A DNA stretch of 64,000 nt. Source: an uncultured Gammaproteobacteria bacterium (GTDB taxonomy: Bacteria; Patescibacteriota; Patescibacteriia; Patescibacteriales; GWC2-42-12). Positions within the stretch are counted from its first letter, which is position 1, and each line of letters begins with the position of its first letter. Made by a program: the position numbers and the translations under genes. Under the pieces are notes generated by a model that was not told where the DNA came from, ran no database searches, and saw only the letters and a program-made list of their open reading frames with translations. Below, in pieces: positions 28,784 to 38,287 of this stretch. Location: NCBI GenBank assembly GCA_964431805.1, contig CAYSKV010000003.1, positions 53,256 through 117,255 on the forward strand. The letters are read 5' to 3'.

Positions 28784-29314
28784 GTGGTTAAAAAAAGTTT
28801 TTATAAAAATTTAGGTTTTACTTTAATTGAACTTTTAGTGGTAATTTCCATTATTGGTTTTTTGGCGACCGCCTCTTTAGTGGCTTTTAATTCAGCCAGA
28901 ATGAAAGCGCGAGATGCCAGAAGATTAGCAGAAATAAAATCATTGCAAAAAGCTTTACAGCTTTATTATAATGAAAATTTATCTTATCCTATTAGTAGTT
29001 GGCTTTATAGTTATTCGCCTAATTGGCTGAATAATAGCAACTTATTAGCCCTTGCTTTAAAGCCTTATATTAAGACTTTACCAATTGATCCACTAAACCA
29101 ATCTATTACTCCATATTCTGGTGGGTATTCTTATGGATATTTTGCTAGTAATTATGGCACTAGCGGCCAATGGTATATGATAGTTTTTAGATTAGAGCAG
29201 CTGAACCATCCTTATCAGCAACAAGACGGAGTAAGGGCTTGCAATGGGCAGTATTTTCATTATGGCAATGGCAGTAATGGCATTATTACGATCGGCGGAA
29301 ATTGTAATGAATAA
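28784..29314 (+). CDS. Type IV pilin / GspG-like pseudopilin
   Basis: Prepilin site G-FTLIELLVV; KARDARR..IKSLQKAL.LYY; LPIDP. Confidence 0.9.
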   Translation: MVKKSFYKNLGFTLIELLVVISIIGFLATASLVAFNSARMKARDARRLAEIKSLQKALQLYYNENLSYPISSWLYSYSPNWLNNSNLLALALKPYIKTLPIDPLNQSITPYSGGYSYGYFASNYGTSGQWYMIVFRLEQLNHPYQQQDGVRACNGQYFHYGNGSNGIITIGGNCNE

Positions 29315-29336
29315 TTTTATAATATAAGCTAAATTT

Positions 29337-30608
29337 ATGTCTAAAATAAAAAAAATTACAGCTCGAGAGATTTTAGATTCACGAGGCAACCCAACCCTAG
29401 AAACGAAAGTCTGTTTAGATAATGGAATATGCGCTAAAGCCTCTGTTCCCTCTGGCGCGTCTACGGGCGTTCATGAAGCTTTGGAATTGCGTGATGGCGA
29501 CGTTAAGAGATATGAAGGTTTGGGCGTGCTTAATGCTGTCAAAAATGTTGAAAAGAAAATTGCGCCTAAGTTGATTGGCATGGAAATAACCGGTCAGGAA
29601 AAAATTGATGAATTAATGATTAAATTAGATGGCACTAAAAATAAAAGTAAATTAGGCGCTAATTCAATTTTGTCGGTATCGTTGGCTTGCGCTCGTGCGG
29701 CCGCTTTAGCTTTAGATTTAGAGCTTTACGAATATATAAATAGAAGTTATGGATTAAATGCTTTGACAGACGGCAAGAATTTTAAACTGCCGACTCCTTG
29801 CTTTAATATTTTTAATGGCGGGAAACATGCAGATACTAATTTAGATTTTCAGGAATTTATGATTATTCCTGTTTTAGAAACTAGTTTTAAAGAAAAAGTT
29901 AGAATTGGCGCGGAAATTTTTCATACTTTAGGCAAGGTTTTAAAAACAGCCGGTTTTGACACGGATGTCGGCAATGAAGGCGGTTATGCGCCTGATATAG
30001 TTTCTTCTATCCAAGCTATTGAATTAATTATGGCAGCGTCTTTAAAAGCCGGCTTTAAGCCAGGCAGTCAAATCGCTTTAGGCGTAGATGTCGGTTCGTC
30101 GCAACTTTATAATAAGTCTGATGGCAAATATATTTTTAAATTAGATAAAGCTAATTTTACTTCAGCTACTTTAATCGGATTATATTATGAATGGTTTAGA
30201 AAATATCCAATTATTTATATTGAAGATGGTTTAGCCGAGGATGATTGGAGCGGCTGGCAAGAGTTAAATAAAGAATTGGGTTCAAATATTATGTTGGTAG
30301 GCGATGATCTTTTTGTAACCAATCTTGAGCGTTTAAGAAAAGGATTAAAAGAACATGCGGCCAATGCAATTTTAATAAAACCGAATCAAGTCGGGACTTT
30401 AACTGAAACTATTGATTGCGTTAAAATCGCCAAAAAACATAATTATAAAATTATTATTTCGCATAGAAGCGGTGAGACTACTGACGATTTTATTTCTGAT
30501 TTAGCCGTAGCGGTGGGCGCTGATTATATTAAAGCTGGTTCGTTGTCGCGTAGTGAAAGACTAGCAAAATATAATAGACTAATGGAAATTGAAGAGCAAC
30601 TAAAATAA
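29337..30608 (+). CDS. eno: Enolase
   Basis: REILDSRGNPT, VPSGASTG, FQEFMI, VGDDLFVTN, SHRSGET. Confidence 0.98.
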   Translation: MSKIKKITAREILDSRGNPTLETKVCLDNGICAKASVPSGASTGVHEALELRDGDVKRYEGLGVLNAVKNVEKKIAPKLIGMEITGQEKIDELMIKLDGTKNKSKLGANSILSVSLACARAAALALDLELYEYINRSYGLNALTDGKNFKLPTPCFNIFNGGKHADTNLDFQEFMIIPVLETSFKEKVRIGAEIFHTLGKVLKTAGFDTDVGNEGGYAPDIVSSIQAIELIMAASLKAGFKPGSQIALGVDVGSSQLYNKSDGKYIFKLDKANFTSATLIGLYYEWFRKYPIIYIEDGLAEDDWSGWQELNKELGSNIMLVGDDLFVTNLERLRKGLKEHAANAILIKPNQVGTLTETIDCVKIAKKHNYKIIISHRSGETTDDFISDLAVAVGADYIKAGSLSRSERLAKYNRLMEIEEQLK

Positions 30609-30683
30609 TTTTAATTATCAATGATAAATTTTCAATAAATTTTCAATTTAGAAATTTTAAAATTGAAATTTTTGCATTTTTAT

Positions 30684-32267
30684 ATGCCCAAACAAGAAAA
30701 ATTAAATAAGCCAGAAAAAAATAATTTGCCCATGATTTTAGTAATCCTTGATGGTTGGGGTTTGGCTTCGCCAAACACTGGCAATGCGGTTGCTTTGGCT
30801 AAAACTCCGACTATGAATGGTTTAATGAGAAAATATCCAAATACCAAACTTTATGCTCATGGAAAATATGTTGGCTTGCCTCCGTCGCAATCAGGCAACA
30901 GTGAAGCCGGCCATATGAATATCGGCGCTGGCCGTATGGTTGAACAAGATGTAGTCAGAATTTCTAAAAGCATTAAAGATGGTACTTTTTCTAAAAATGC
31001 TAGTTTTATTGAAGCGATTAGGCATGTTAAAAAGAACAAATCTAAATTACATCTAATGGGTATGGTTTCTAACGGCATGAGCGCACATAGCGACCCAGAT
31101 CATTTATTAGCTTTGTTATCTTTAGTTAGAGCAAATGGCATAAAAGATGTTTATCTGCATTTATTTACCGATGGCCGCGATTCTCCTAAATATGCTTCTT
31201 TAAAATTAATTACAGATATTCAGAAATCATTTAAAAATGGCGAGGCTATCGCTACTGTTATGGGTAGATTTTATGCTATGGACAGAAAAAAGACTTGGAC
31301 AAGAACAGAGAAGGCTTATAATGCCTTAGTAAACGCCATTGGCAAAAAAACTGAAAGCGCTCAAGCGGCAATTACTGAAAGCTATAACAGAGGTGAAAAC
31401 GATGAATTTATTGAACCGTATATTATTACAAAAAATGGTAAACCATTGCCGAGAATAGCTTCGGACGATAGCGTAATATTTTTTAATTTAAGATCCGACC
31501 GCGCCAGACAATTAGCTAAAGTTTTTGTACAAAAAGATTTTTGTGAAAAAAATAAATTTTGTTTTACAAGAAAAAAGTTTTTACATAATTTATTGTTTGT
31601 AGCTATGACTGATTTTGGCCCAGATTTAGATAGTATTTTTACTGCTTTTCCATCTGGCGATTTAAAACATACTTTACCTATGGAATTAGTTAATCTAAAA
31701 CAATTGTATATTGCGGAGACGGAAAAATATGCTCATGTAACTTATTTTTTTAATGGTGGTTATGCTGATGCGGTTGACGGTGAAGATAGGCAAGTTATAC
31801 CTTCGCCGGATGTAAAATCTTATGATCTTACGCCGGCTATGAGTTCAGGTAAATTATGCCGCGAAATAATAAACAATCTTAATAAAAATAAATATGATTT
31901 TACGGTTTTAAATTTTGCCGCGCCTGATATGATTGGCCATACTGGTAATTTAGAGGCTGGCATAAAATGCTGTCATGAAGTTGATGAATATTTAGGAGAA
32001 ATTGTTAAAGCTTATTTTAAGGCTGGCGGAACGGTTTTAATCACTGCCGACCATGGTAATATTGAAGAAATGATTAATTTGAAAACTGGAGAAATAGATA
32101 CCGAACATTCAATTAATCAAGTGCCTTTTATCATAGTTAATAAGAATATAGGTAATAAAATTAAATTAAGAAGCGATGGGATATTAGGCGATATTGCTCC
32201 AACTGTATTAGATTTATTAAATATAAATAAACCAAAAGAGATGACGGGCAAAAGTCTTATAAAATAG
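30684..32267 (+). CDS. gpmI: Cofactor-independent phosphoglycerate mutase, copy 1
   Basis: ILDGWG, GNSEAGH, DGRD, GRFYAMDR, ETEKYAHVT, DMIGH, TADHGN. Confidence 0.96.
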   Translation: MPKQEKLNKPEKNNLPMILVILDGWGLASPNTGNAVALAKTPTMNGLMRKYPNTKLYAHGKYVGLPPSQSGNSEAGHMNIGAGRMVEQDVVRISKSIKDGTFSKNASFIEAIRHVKKNKSKLHLMGMVSNGMSAHSDPDHLLALLSLVRANGIKDVYLHLFTDGRDSPKYASLKLITDIQKSFKNGEAIATVMGRFYAMDRKKTWTRTEKAYNALVNAIGKKTESAQAAITESYNRGENDEFIEPYIITKNGKPLPRIASDDSVIFFNLRSDRARQLAKVFVQKDFCEKNKFCFTRKKFLHNLLFVAMTDFGPDLDSIFTAFPSGDLKHTLPMELVNLKQLYIAETEKYAHVTYFFNGGYADAVDGEDRQVIPSPDVKSYDLTPAMSSGKLCREIINNLNKNKYDFTVLNFAAPDMIGHTGNLEAGIKCCHEVDEYLGEIVKAYFKAGGTVLITADHGNIEEMINLKTGEIDTEHSINQVPFIIVNKNIGNKIKLRSDGILGDIAPTVLDLLNINKPKEMTGKSLIK

Positions 32268-32296
32268 TTTTCAATTTTTATATCTAGAAATTAATT

Positions 32297-33886
32297 ATGG
32301 CCACAAAAAAACAACAAGTTCGACCGAAGCCAGTAGTATTAATGGTGCTTGATGGTTGGGGTGTAGCTAATTCTTACGCCGGCAACGCTATTAGCCAAGC
32401 TAATACGCCTAATATAAAAAATTATATAGCTAAGTATCCTTCTATGGTTTTAGTAGCTTCTGGCGAAGGAGTTGGTTTACCGTGGGGAGAATTTGGCAAT
32501 AGCGAGGTCGGCCATTTAAATTTAGGTTTAGGCAGAATTATTTATCAAAATCTCCCTAAAATTAATAGGGCTATTGCTGACAATAGTTTTTATAAAAATA
32601 AAGCTTTACTTAAAGCGATTGAACAGGTAAAAGCTAATAATTCAAAGTTGCATTTAATTGGTTTAGCTTCTAACGGCTGTGTTCACTCTTCAATGGAACA
32701 TTTGCAGGCTTTAATTGCTTTTATGGAAGAAAGTAAAGTTAATGAATTTTATGTCCATGCTATTTTGGACGGTAGAGATACGCCGTTTAATGCCGGTTTG
32801 AATTTTATTAAAGAGGTAGAAGCATCTTTAGCCGGGACTAAAGGCAAAATAGCGTCGTTATCTGGACGTTTTTATGCTATGGATCGGGATAATCATTGGG
32901 ACAGAACAGCTAAAGCATATGAAGCTATGGCTTTAGGAATCGGTGAAAAATATGAGTCAGCCGAGAAAGCGATTGAAGACAGTTATGATAAAAAAATATA
33001 TGATGAAGAGTTTATGCCGACAGTTATAGCTAAAGATGGACAACCTATAGCTAAAATTGAAGATGGCGATGCGGTAATATTTTTTAATTATCGGCCTGAT
33101 CGGGCGCGCGAACTTACTAAAGCTTTTGTTTTGCCAAGTTTTGAAAAATTTAAGCGAGAAAAATATTTAAACATTTTTTTTGCCACTTTTGTTGAGTATG
33201 AAAAAAATTTACCAGTAGAGATAGTTTTTCCGCCAGATGTTTTAAAAAATACTTTAGGTGAAGTTTTGTCTCGTTCTGGTTTAAAGCAATTAAGAATCGC
33301 GGAAACAGAAAAATATGCTCATGTAACTTATTTTTTTAATGGTGGCTGTGAAGTAAAATCAGAAGGCGAAGATCAGTTATTAGTTTCTTCTCCGGCTGTT
33401 TCTAGTTATGACCTTAAGCCAGAGATGTCGGCTCTAGAGGTTACCGATAAAGTTATAAAAGCGATTGAACAGGATAACTACGATTTTATTTTAATAAATT
33501 TTGCTAATGCTGATATGGTTGGACATACAGGAAATTTAAAAGCTACTATTAAAGCGATTGAAACAGTCGATAAATGTGTTGGCAAAATTGTTAATTTAGT
33601 TTTAGCTAAAGAGGGCGTCTCATTTATTACTGCCGATCATGGTAATGCCGAAGAATTGTTTAATATGCAAACCGGTATGATAGACAAAGAACATTCAGCT
33701 AATCCAGTGCCTTTTTTAATTATTGGCAAAGATTATGAAGGTAAAAGTTTGTCTTTGCCTGATGCACTTGGCGGTGATTTAAGCTTATTACAACCACAGG
33801 GCATGCTGTCTGACGTGGCGCCGACTATTCTTAAAGTAATGAATTTAGATAAACCTTCGGAAATGGTCGGTAGGAGCCTTATATAA
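32297..33886 (+). CDS. gpmI: Cofactor-independent phosphoglycerate mutase, copy 2
   Basis: VLDGWG, GNSEVGH, DGRD, GRFYAMDRD, ETEKYAHVT, DMVGH, TADHGN. Confidence 0.96.
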   Translation: MATKKQQVRPKPVVLMVLDGWGVANSYAGNAISQANTPNIKNYIAKYPSMVLVASGEGVGLPWGEFGNSEVGHLNLGLGRIIYQNLPKINRAIADNSFYKNKALLKAIEQVKANNSKLHLIGLASNGCVHSSMEHLQALIAFMEESKVNEFYVHAILDGRDTPFNAGLNFIKEVEASLAGTKGKIASLSGRFYAMDRDNHWDRTAKAYEAMALGIGEKYESAEKAIEDSYDKKIYDEEFMPTVIAKDGQPIAKIEDGDAVIFFNYRPDRARELTKAFVLPSFEKFKREKYLNIFFATFVEYEKNLPVEIVFPPDVLKNTLGEVLSRSGLKQLRIAETEKYAHVTYFFNGGCEVKSEGEDQLLVSSPAVSSYDLKPEMSALEVTDKVIKAIEQDNYDFILINFANADMVGHTGNLKATIKAIETVDKCVGKIVNLVLAKEGVSFITADHGNAEELFNMQTGMIDKEHSANPVPFLIIGKDYEGKSLSLPDALGGDLSLLQPQGMLSDVAPTILKVMNLDKPSEMVGRSLI

Positions 33887-33896
33887 ATATAATCAT

Positions 33897-34952
33897 ATGT
33901 CTATTCTAGTCATCAATTCAGGTTCAACTTCAATAAAATACAAATTATTTTCCGACAGCGAAAAGGAAATTAAACAAGGCGATATTACTAATATTACCAA
34001 TCATCAAACAGCTTTAAAACAAATTTTAAGAGATGTTGGCGGATTGCAAGATTTAAAAGCGGTTGGACATAGAGTAGTTCATGGTGGATATAAATTTCAT
34101 AAACCGCTTTTAATAAACCAAGAAAATTTTTTAGAATTAGAAAAATTTAATGATTTGGCGCCGCTGCATAATCCTTATAATCTAGCTGGCATTAAGGCGG
34201 TTATGGAATATTTGCCCCAGATTAAGCAAGTAGCGATTTTTGATACGTCTTTTTATGCTAATTTGCCGGAAATTTCAAAGCTTTATGCGCTACCCAGGGA
34301 AATTAGTGAAAAACATAAAATTTATCGTTATGGTTTTCACGGCACTTCACATAAGTATGCCATGCAAGAAAGCGCTAAATTGCTTAAAACGGAAATTAAT
34401 AAAATTAATTTAATTAGTTGTCATTTGGGCGGCGGCTGGTCAATCACTGCCGTGAAAAATGGTCAGCCGATTGATACCTCTATGGGCTTTACTCCGCTGG
34501 AAGGTTTAGTAATGATGACTAGGGCTGGAGATATTGACCCAGGAATAATTTTTAAACTTTTAGAAGAAATGCCAGAAGAAATAGATAAAAATAAAGTAGC
34601 TATGATTTATGATTTACTAAATAAGCAATCAGGTATAAAGGGTTTATCGGGCGTTAATGATTTTCAAGAATTATTAAGATTAGTATCGCTTGGCAATGAA
34701 GCAGCTAATCTAGCTTTTGATTTAGCTATTAATCGTTTAATAAAATATATTGGCGCTTATTGGACCGAGTTAGAAGGTAAAGCGCAAGCGATTGTTTTCA
34801 CTGGAGCTATCGGCGCTGGCAATCCAATGACGCGCAATCAAGTGATAAAAAAAATAAAATGTTTGGGCAATTTACCGATGTTAGTAATTAAAGCCAATGA
34901 AGAATTAATGATTGCCAGAGAAGTGAGAGAATTAATTAGCACAAGACAATAA
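33897..34952 (+). CDS. ackA: Acetate kinase (compact)
   Basis: INSGSTSIK, GHRVVHGG, APLHNP, RYGFHGTSH, TSMGFTPLEG, NEELMIA. Confidence 0.95.
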   Translation: MSILVINSGSTSIKYKLFSDSEKEIKQGDITNITNHQTALKQILRDVGGLQDLKAVGHRVVHGGYKFHKPLLINQENFLELEKFNDLAPLHNPYNLAGIKAVMEYLPQIKQVAIFDTSFYANLPEISKLYALPREISEKHKIYRYGFHGTSHKYAMQESAKLLKTEINKINLISCHLGGGWSITAVKNGQPIDTSMGFTPLEGLVMMTRAGDIDPGIIFKLLEEMPEEIDKNKVAMIYDLLNKQSGIKGLSGVNDFQELLRLVSLGNEAANLAFDLAINRLIKYIGAYWTELEGKAQAIVFTGAIGAGNPMTRNQVIKKIKCLGNLPMLVIKANEELMIAREVRELISTRQ

Positions 34953-34957
34953 CTTTT

Positions 34958-36601
34958 ATGATAAAAAGATTATTTAATGGAGAAATAAATAGTATTACCG
35001 TGGCCGCTTTGTTGGTCGGCGGCTCTTCTTTAATTAGCCGGTTGCTTGGAATTTTCCGCGATCGTATTTTAGCCGGTCAATTCGGCGCTGGCGATACTTT
35101 AGATATTTATTATGCGGCTTTTCGCGTCCCAGATTTAATTTTTAATTTGTTAGTTTTAGGCGCCTTATCGGCTGGCTTCATTCCTATCTTTACTTCTCTA
35201 ATTAAAAGTCCTTTAGAGAAGATAAAATCTTTAATAGGTGATGAATACAAAGAGGCTTGGCAATTGGCTAGTAATATTTTAAATATTTTGGGCGTTGGTC
35301 TTTTGATTTTATGTGGTTTAGGGGTAATTTTTGCGCCGCAGATTATGCGTTTGATTACCCCGGGTTTTAGCCATGAAAAAATTGATTTAACTATTGGCTT
35401 ATCAAGAATTATGTTTTTGTCTCCGATATTTTTAGGTATCTCGAGCGTTTTTGGCGGTATTTTGCAATCGTTCAAAAGATTTTTTGTTTATTCAATGTCG
35501 CCAATTTTTTATAATATTGGTATAATCATCGGCGCGCTTTATTTTGTGCCGATATGGGGAATTTATGGTTTAGCTTGGGGTGTGGTTTTAGGCGCAGCCG
35601 CTCATATGGCTGTGCAGATTCCAGCTTTAAATCAGCTTGGTTTTAAATATAGCTTTAAATTTGAAATGAAGAATCCGTTGGTAAATAAAATTTGGTTAAT
35701 GATGATACCAAGAACTATGAGTTTGGCTATTTCGCAGTTGAATTTATTAGTTATCACTATAGTCGCTTCAACTATGTCTAGCGGGTCGCTCGCGGTTTTT
35801 AATTTTGCCAATAATTTGCAGTCATTTCCCGTGGGTATTTTCGGTATTTCTTTCGCCATAGCTGCTTTCCCCGCTTTGTCAGCCGCCGCTTTTGATAAAA
35901 ATAATTTAGTTAAAGATCTATCCTTAACAGTAAGACAAATATTATTTTTTATTATTCCGTCTACGGTTCTTTTATTAGCTTTGCGCGCGCAAATTATCAG
36001 AGTTATTTTAGGTACGGGAAAATTTGATTGGCAAGACACTCTTTTAACTATTGATACTTTAGGTTTTTTTGCAATTTCACTTTTTGCTCAAGCCCTAATT
36101 CCTCTTTTAATTCGAGTTTTTTATGCTAGGCATAACTCTAAAACGCCGTTTATTATTGGCTTAATAGCGGCTTTAATTAACATTTTTTTATCAATTAAAT
36201 TTTCCGAGAGTATGGGTGTAGCCGGGCTGGCCTTAGCCTTTTCCATAAGTAATGTAGTAAATTTGATATTGCTTTGGGTTTGGTTGAATTTTGAAATAGG
36301 AAAAATTGATGAGTTTAAAGTTTTTATTTCAACCGTAAAATTTTCTTTAGCCGCTTTGTTATGCGGCTTGGCGGTTCAGGGCGTAAAATTATTAATTGGC
36401 AGTAGAATTGATTTGGACAGATTTTGGGAAATCGCGGTTCAAGGCTTAGTCGCTGGATTAGCTGGCATATCAGTTTATCTTTTAGTTTGTTATATTTTAA
36501 AAAGTGAAGAATTATTTAATTTTTGGTCATCTTTAAAACGTCGTCTGCCTGGCTTTAAAAAAATTGAAACAACCGATCAAGGAGAAGCCCGAGGAATTTA
36601 A
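34958..36601 (+). CDS. murJ: Lipid II flippase
   Basis: SRLLGIFRD, AAFRVPD, GALSAGFIP, FYARHNSKTP; many TM segments. Confidence 0.94.
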   Translation: MIKRLFNGEINSITVAALLVGGSSLISRLLGIFRDRILAGQFGAGDTLDIYYAAFRVPDLIFNLLVLGALSAGFIPIFTSLIKSPLEKIKSLIGDEYKEAWQLASNILNILGVGLLILCGLGVIFAPQIMRLITPGFSHEKIDLTIGLSRIMFLSPIFLGISSVFGGILQSFKRFFVYSMSPIFYNIGIIIGALYFVPIWGIYGLAWGVVLGAAAHMAVQIPALNQLGFKYSFKFEMKNPLVNKIWLMMIPRTMSLAISQLNLLVITIVASTMSSGSLAVFNFANNLQSFPVGIFGISFAIAAFPALSAAAFDKNNLVKDLSLTVRQILFFIIPSTVLLLALRAQIIRVILGTGKFDWQDTLLTIDTLGFFAISLFAQALIPLLIRVFYARHNSKTPFIIGLIAALINIFLSIKFSESMGVAGLALAFSISNVVNLILLWVWLNFEIGKIDEFKVFISTVKFSLAALLCGLAVQGVKLLIGSRIDLDRFWEIAVQGLVAGLAGISVYLLVCYILKSEELFNFWSSLKRRLPGFKKIETTDQGEARGI

Positions 36602-36660
36602 AAAATGGTTGACATTATTTTATAATGCCATATACTTAAATCAAAGGGTGAAAATTTTTA

Positions 36661-36747
36661 TGAACCCCGTTAGAAGTGTAAAGATTAAAACAGCTAACGG
36701 GTAAAAACAGTAATTATATTTTCTATGCAAACTTCTAACGGGGTGAA
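36661..36747. mobile_element. MITE-like element family B, copy 1 (79 bp, 13-bp TIR, TGAA flanks)
   Basis: TGAA-CCCCGTTAGAAGT...ACTTCTAACGGGG-TGAA. Confidence 0.7.
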
Positions 36748-36831
36748 ACAGAAAATTCCTCATAGCCAGTTAAATTATTTTTATAATAACTTTTCAAAAA
36801 GCTGATTTTTTAAGTCAGCTTTTTATTTTAT

Positions 36832-38175
36832 ATGCCTAATGGTAAAAACAACGGCAACAATCATGAGCTGGCGGCTAAAACAACCGATTCAAAAAAATTT
36901 TTATTTATTTCGCTGGAAAGTTTAAGCGGTGATTTAGCTTGGAGTTTAGTTAAAGAAGGTCATTTTGTAAAAGCTTATATTAAAGCCAAAAGCGATATTG
37001 ATGTTTATGATGGTTTTATTGAAAAAGTTGAAGCTTGGGAGTCTTATAAAGATTGGGCGGATGTAATAATATTTGACGACGTCAGTTTCGGTTCAATCGC
37101 TGAGAAATTAAGGAAACAGGGTAAATTAGTTATTGGCGGCAGTATTTATACTGACAAATTAGAAATAGATCGTGAGTTCGGTCAGGCTGAAATGAAAAGT
37201 CATGGCATTAATATTTTACCTAGCTGGCAGTTTAATGATTACGAGGAGGCGATAAAATTTATAAAAAATAATCCGTCCCGTTATGTCTTTAAGCCTAGCG
37301 GTAATACGCCTTCGGGCGGTAAAGGATTATTATTTTTAGGCCAAGAAGAAGATGGTAAAGATTTATTAGAACTTTTAGAGCAGAACAAAGATGTTTGGAA
37401 GAAAAAAGCGCCTTTATTTTTACTTCAAAAATATATTACGGGCGTGGAAGTCGCCGTAGGCGCTTATTTTAATGGTCATGATTTTATTTATCCGATTAAC
37501 GTAAATTTTGAACATAAAAGAATTTATCCGGGCAATATCGGGCCGTTCGCCGGCGAGATGGGAACTTTAATGTATTGGAGTTCGCCCAATAATTTATTCC
37601 ACGCAACGTTAGAAAAGATGTTACCGGCCTTAAAAGAATCAGGCTATATCGGTTATGTGGATATAAATTGCATCGTTAACGGTCGGGGGATTTATCCGCT
37701 TGAGTTTACTACTCGCTTTGGTTATCCGACTATTCAAATTCAACAAGAAGGCATTTTAACGCCAACCGGCGAATGGTTATATAAAATGGCTAAAGGTGAA
37801 GACTTTGAATTAAAAACTAAGCGCGGTTTTCAAATTGGCATAAGAATTTTAGTTGAATCTTATTTTTCTAAAGATGATGATTCTGATGTTGTAAAATTAT
37901 ACCATGACCTAGCCATTGCTTTTAAAAATAATCATAATTTTGAAGGGATTCATATTGAGGATATAAAAAATGATAAAGGTATTTGGCGAGTGGCCGGAGT
38001 GTCGGGCTGTTTACTCGTTATTACGGCTAGCGGCATGACCGTTGAAGATGCTCGGCACTTAGTTTATGGTCGAGTACATAATATTATCATCCCTAATATG
38101 ATATACCGAACTGATATTGGTTCGCGCTGGGCGGTGGATTCTGATCGTTTGCATACTTGGGGATATTTAAGATAA
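36832..38175 (+). CDS. ATP-grasp ligase, phosphoribosylamine--glycine ligase-like
   Basis: LEIDREFGQ, YVFKP, EHKRI..GNIGP..GEMG, LEFTTRFGYP, YRTDIG; lacks the canonical PurD GxGGREHA N-terminus. Confidence 0.75.
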   Translation: MPNGKNNGNNHELAAKTTDSKKFLFISLESLSGDLAWSLVKEGHFVKAYIKAKSDIDVYDGFIEKVEAWESYKDWADVIIFDDVSFGSIAEKLRKQGKLVIGGSIYTDKLEIDREFGQAEMKSHGINILPSWQFNDYEEAIKFIKNNPSRYVFKPSGNTPSGGKGLLFLGQEEDGKDLLELLEQNKDVWKKKAPLFLLQKYITGVEVAVGAYFNGHDFIYPINVNFEHKRIYPGNIGPFAGEMGTLMYWSSPNNLFHATLEKMLPALKESGYIGYVDINCIVNGRGIYPLEFTTRFGYPTIQIQQEGILTPTGEWLYKMAKGEDFELKTKRGFQIGIRILVESYFSKDDDSDVVKLYHDLAIAFKNNHNFEGIHIEDIKNDKGIWRVAGVSGCLLVITASGMTVEDARHLVYGRVHNIIIPNMIYRTDIGSRWAVDSDRLHTWGYLR

Positions 38176-38287
38176 AAGGTAATAAAATAATAAAAAATTA
38201 GTTTGACCAAACAATAAAAAACTAGTAGGATTAGAAGTGTAGATACAGGTTTATAACCTGTTTTTATATAAATTTATATAATGTTTT

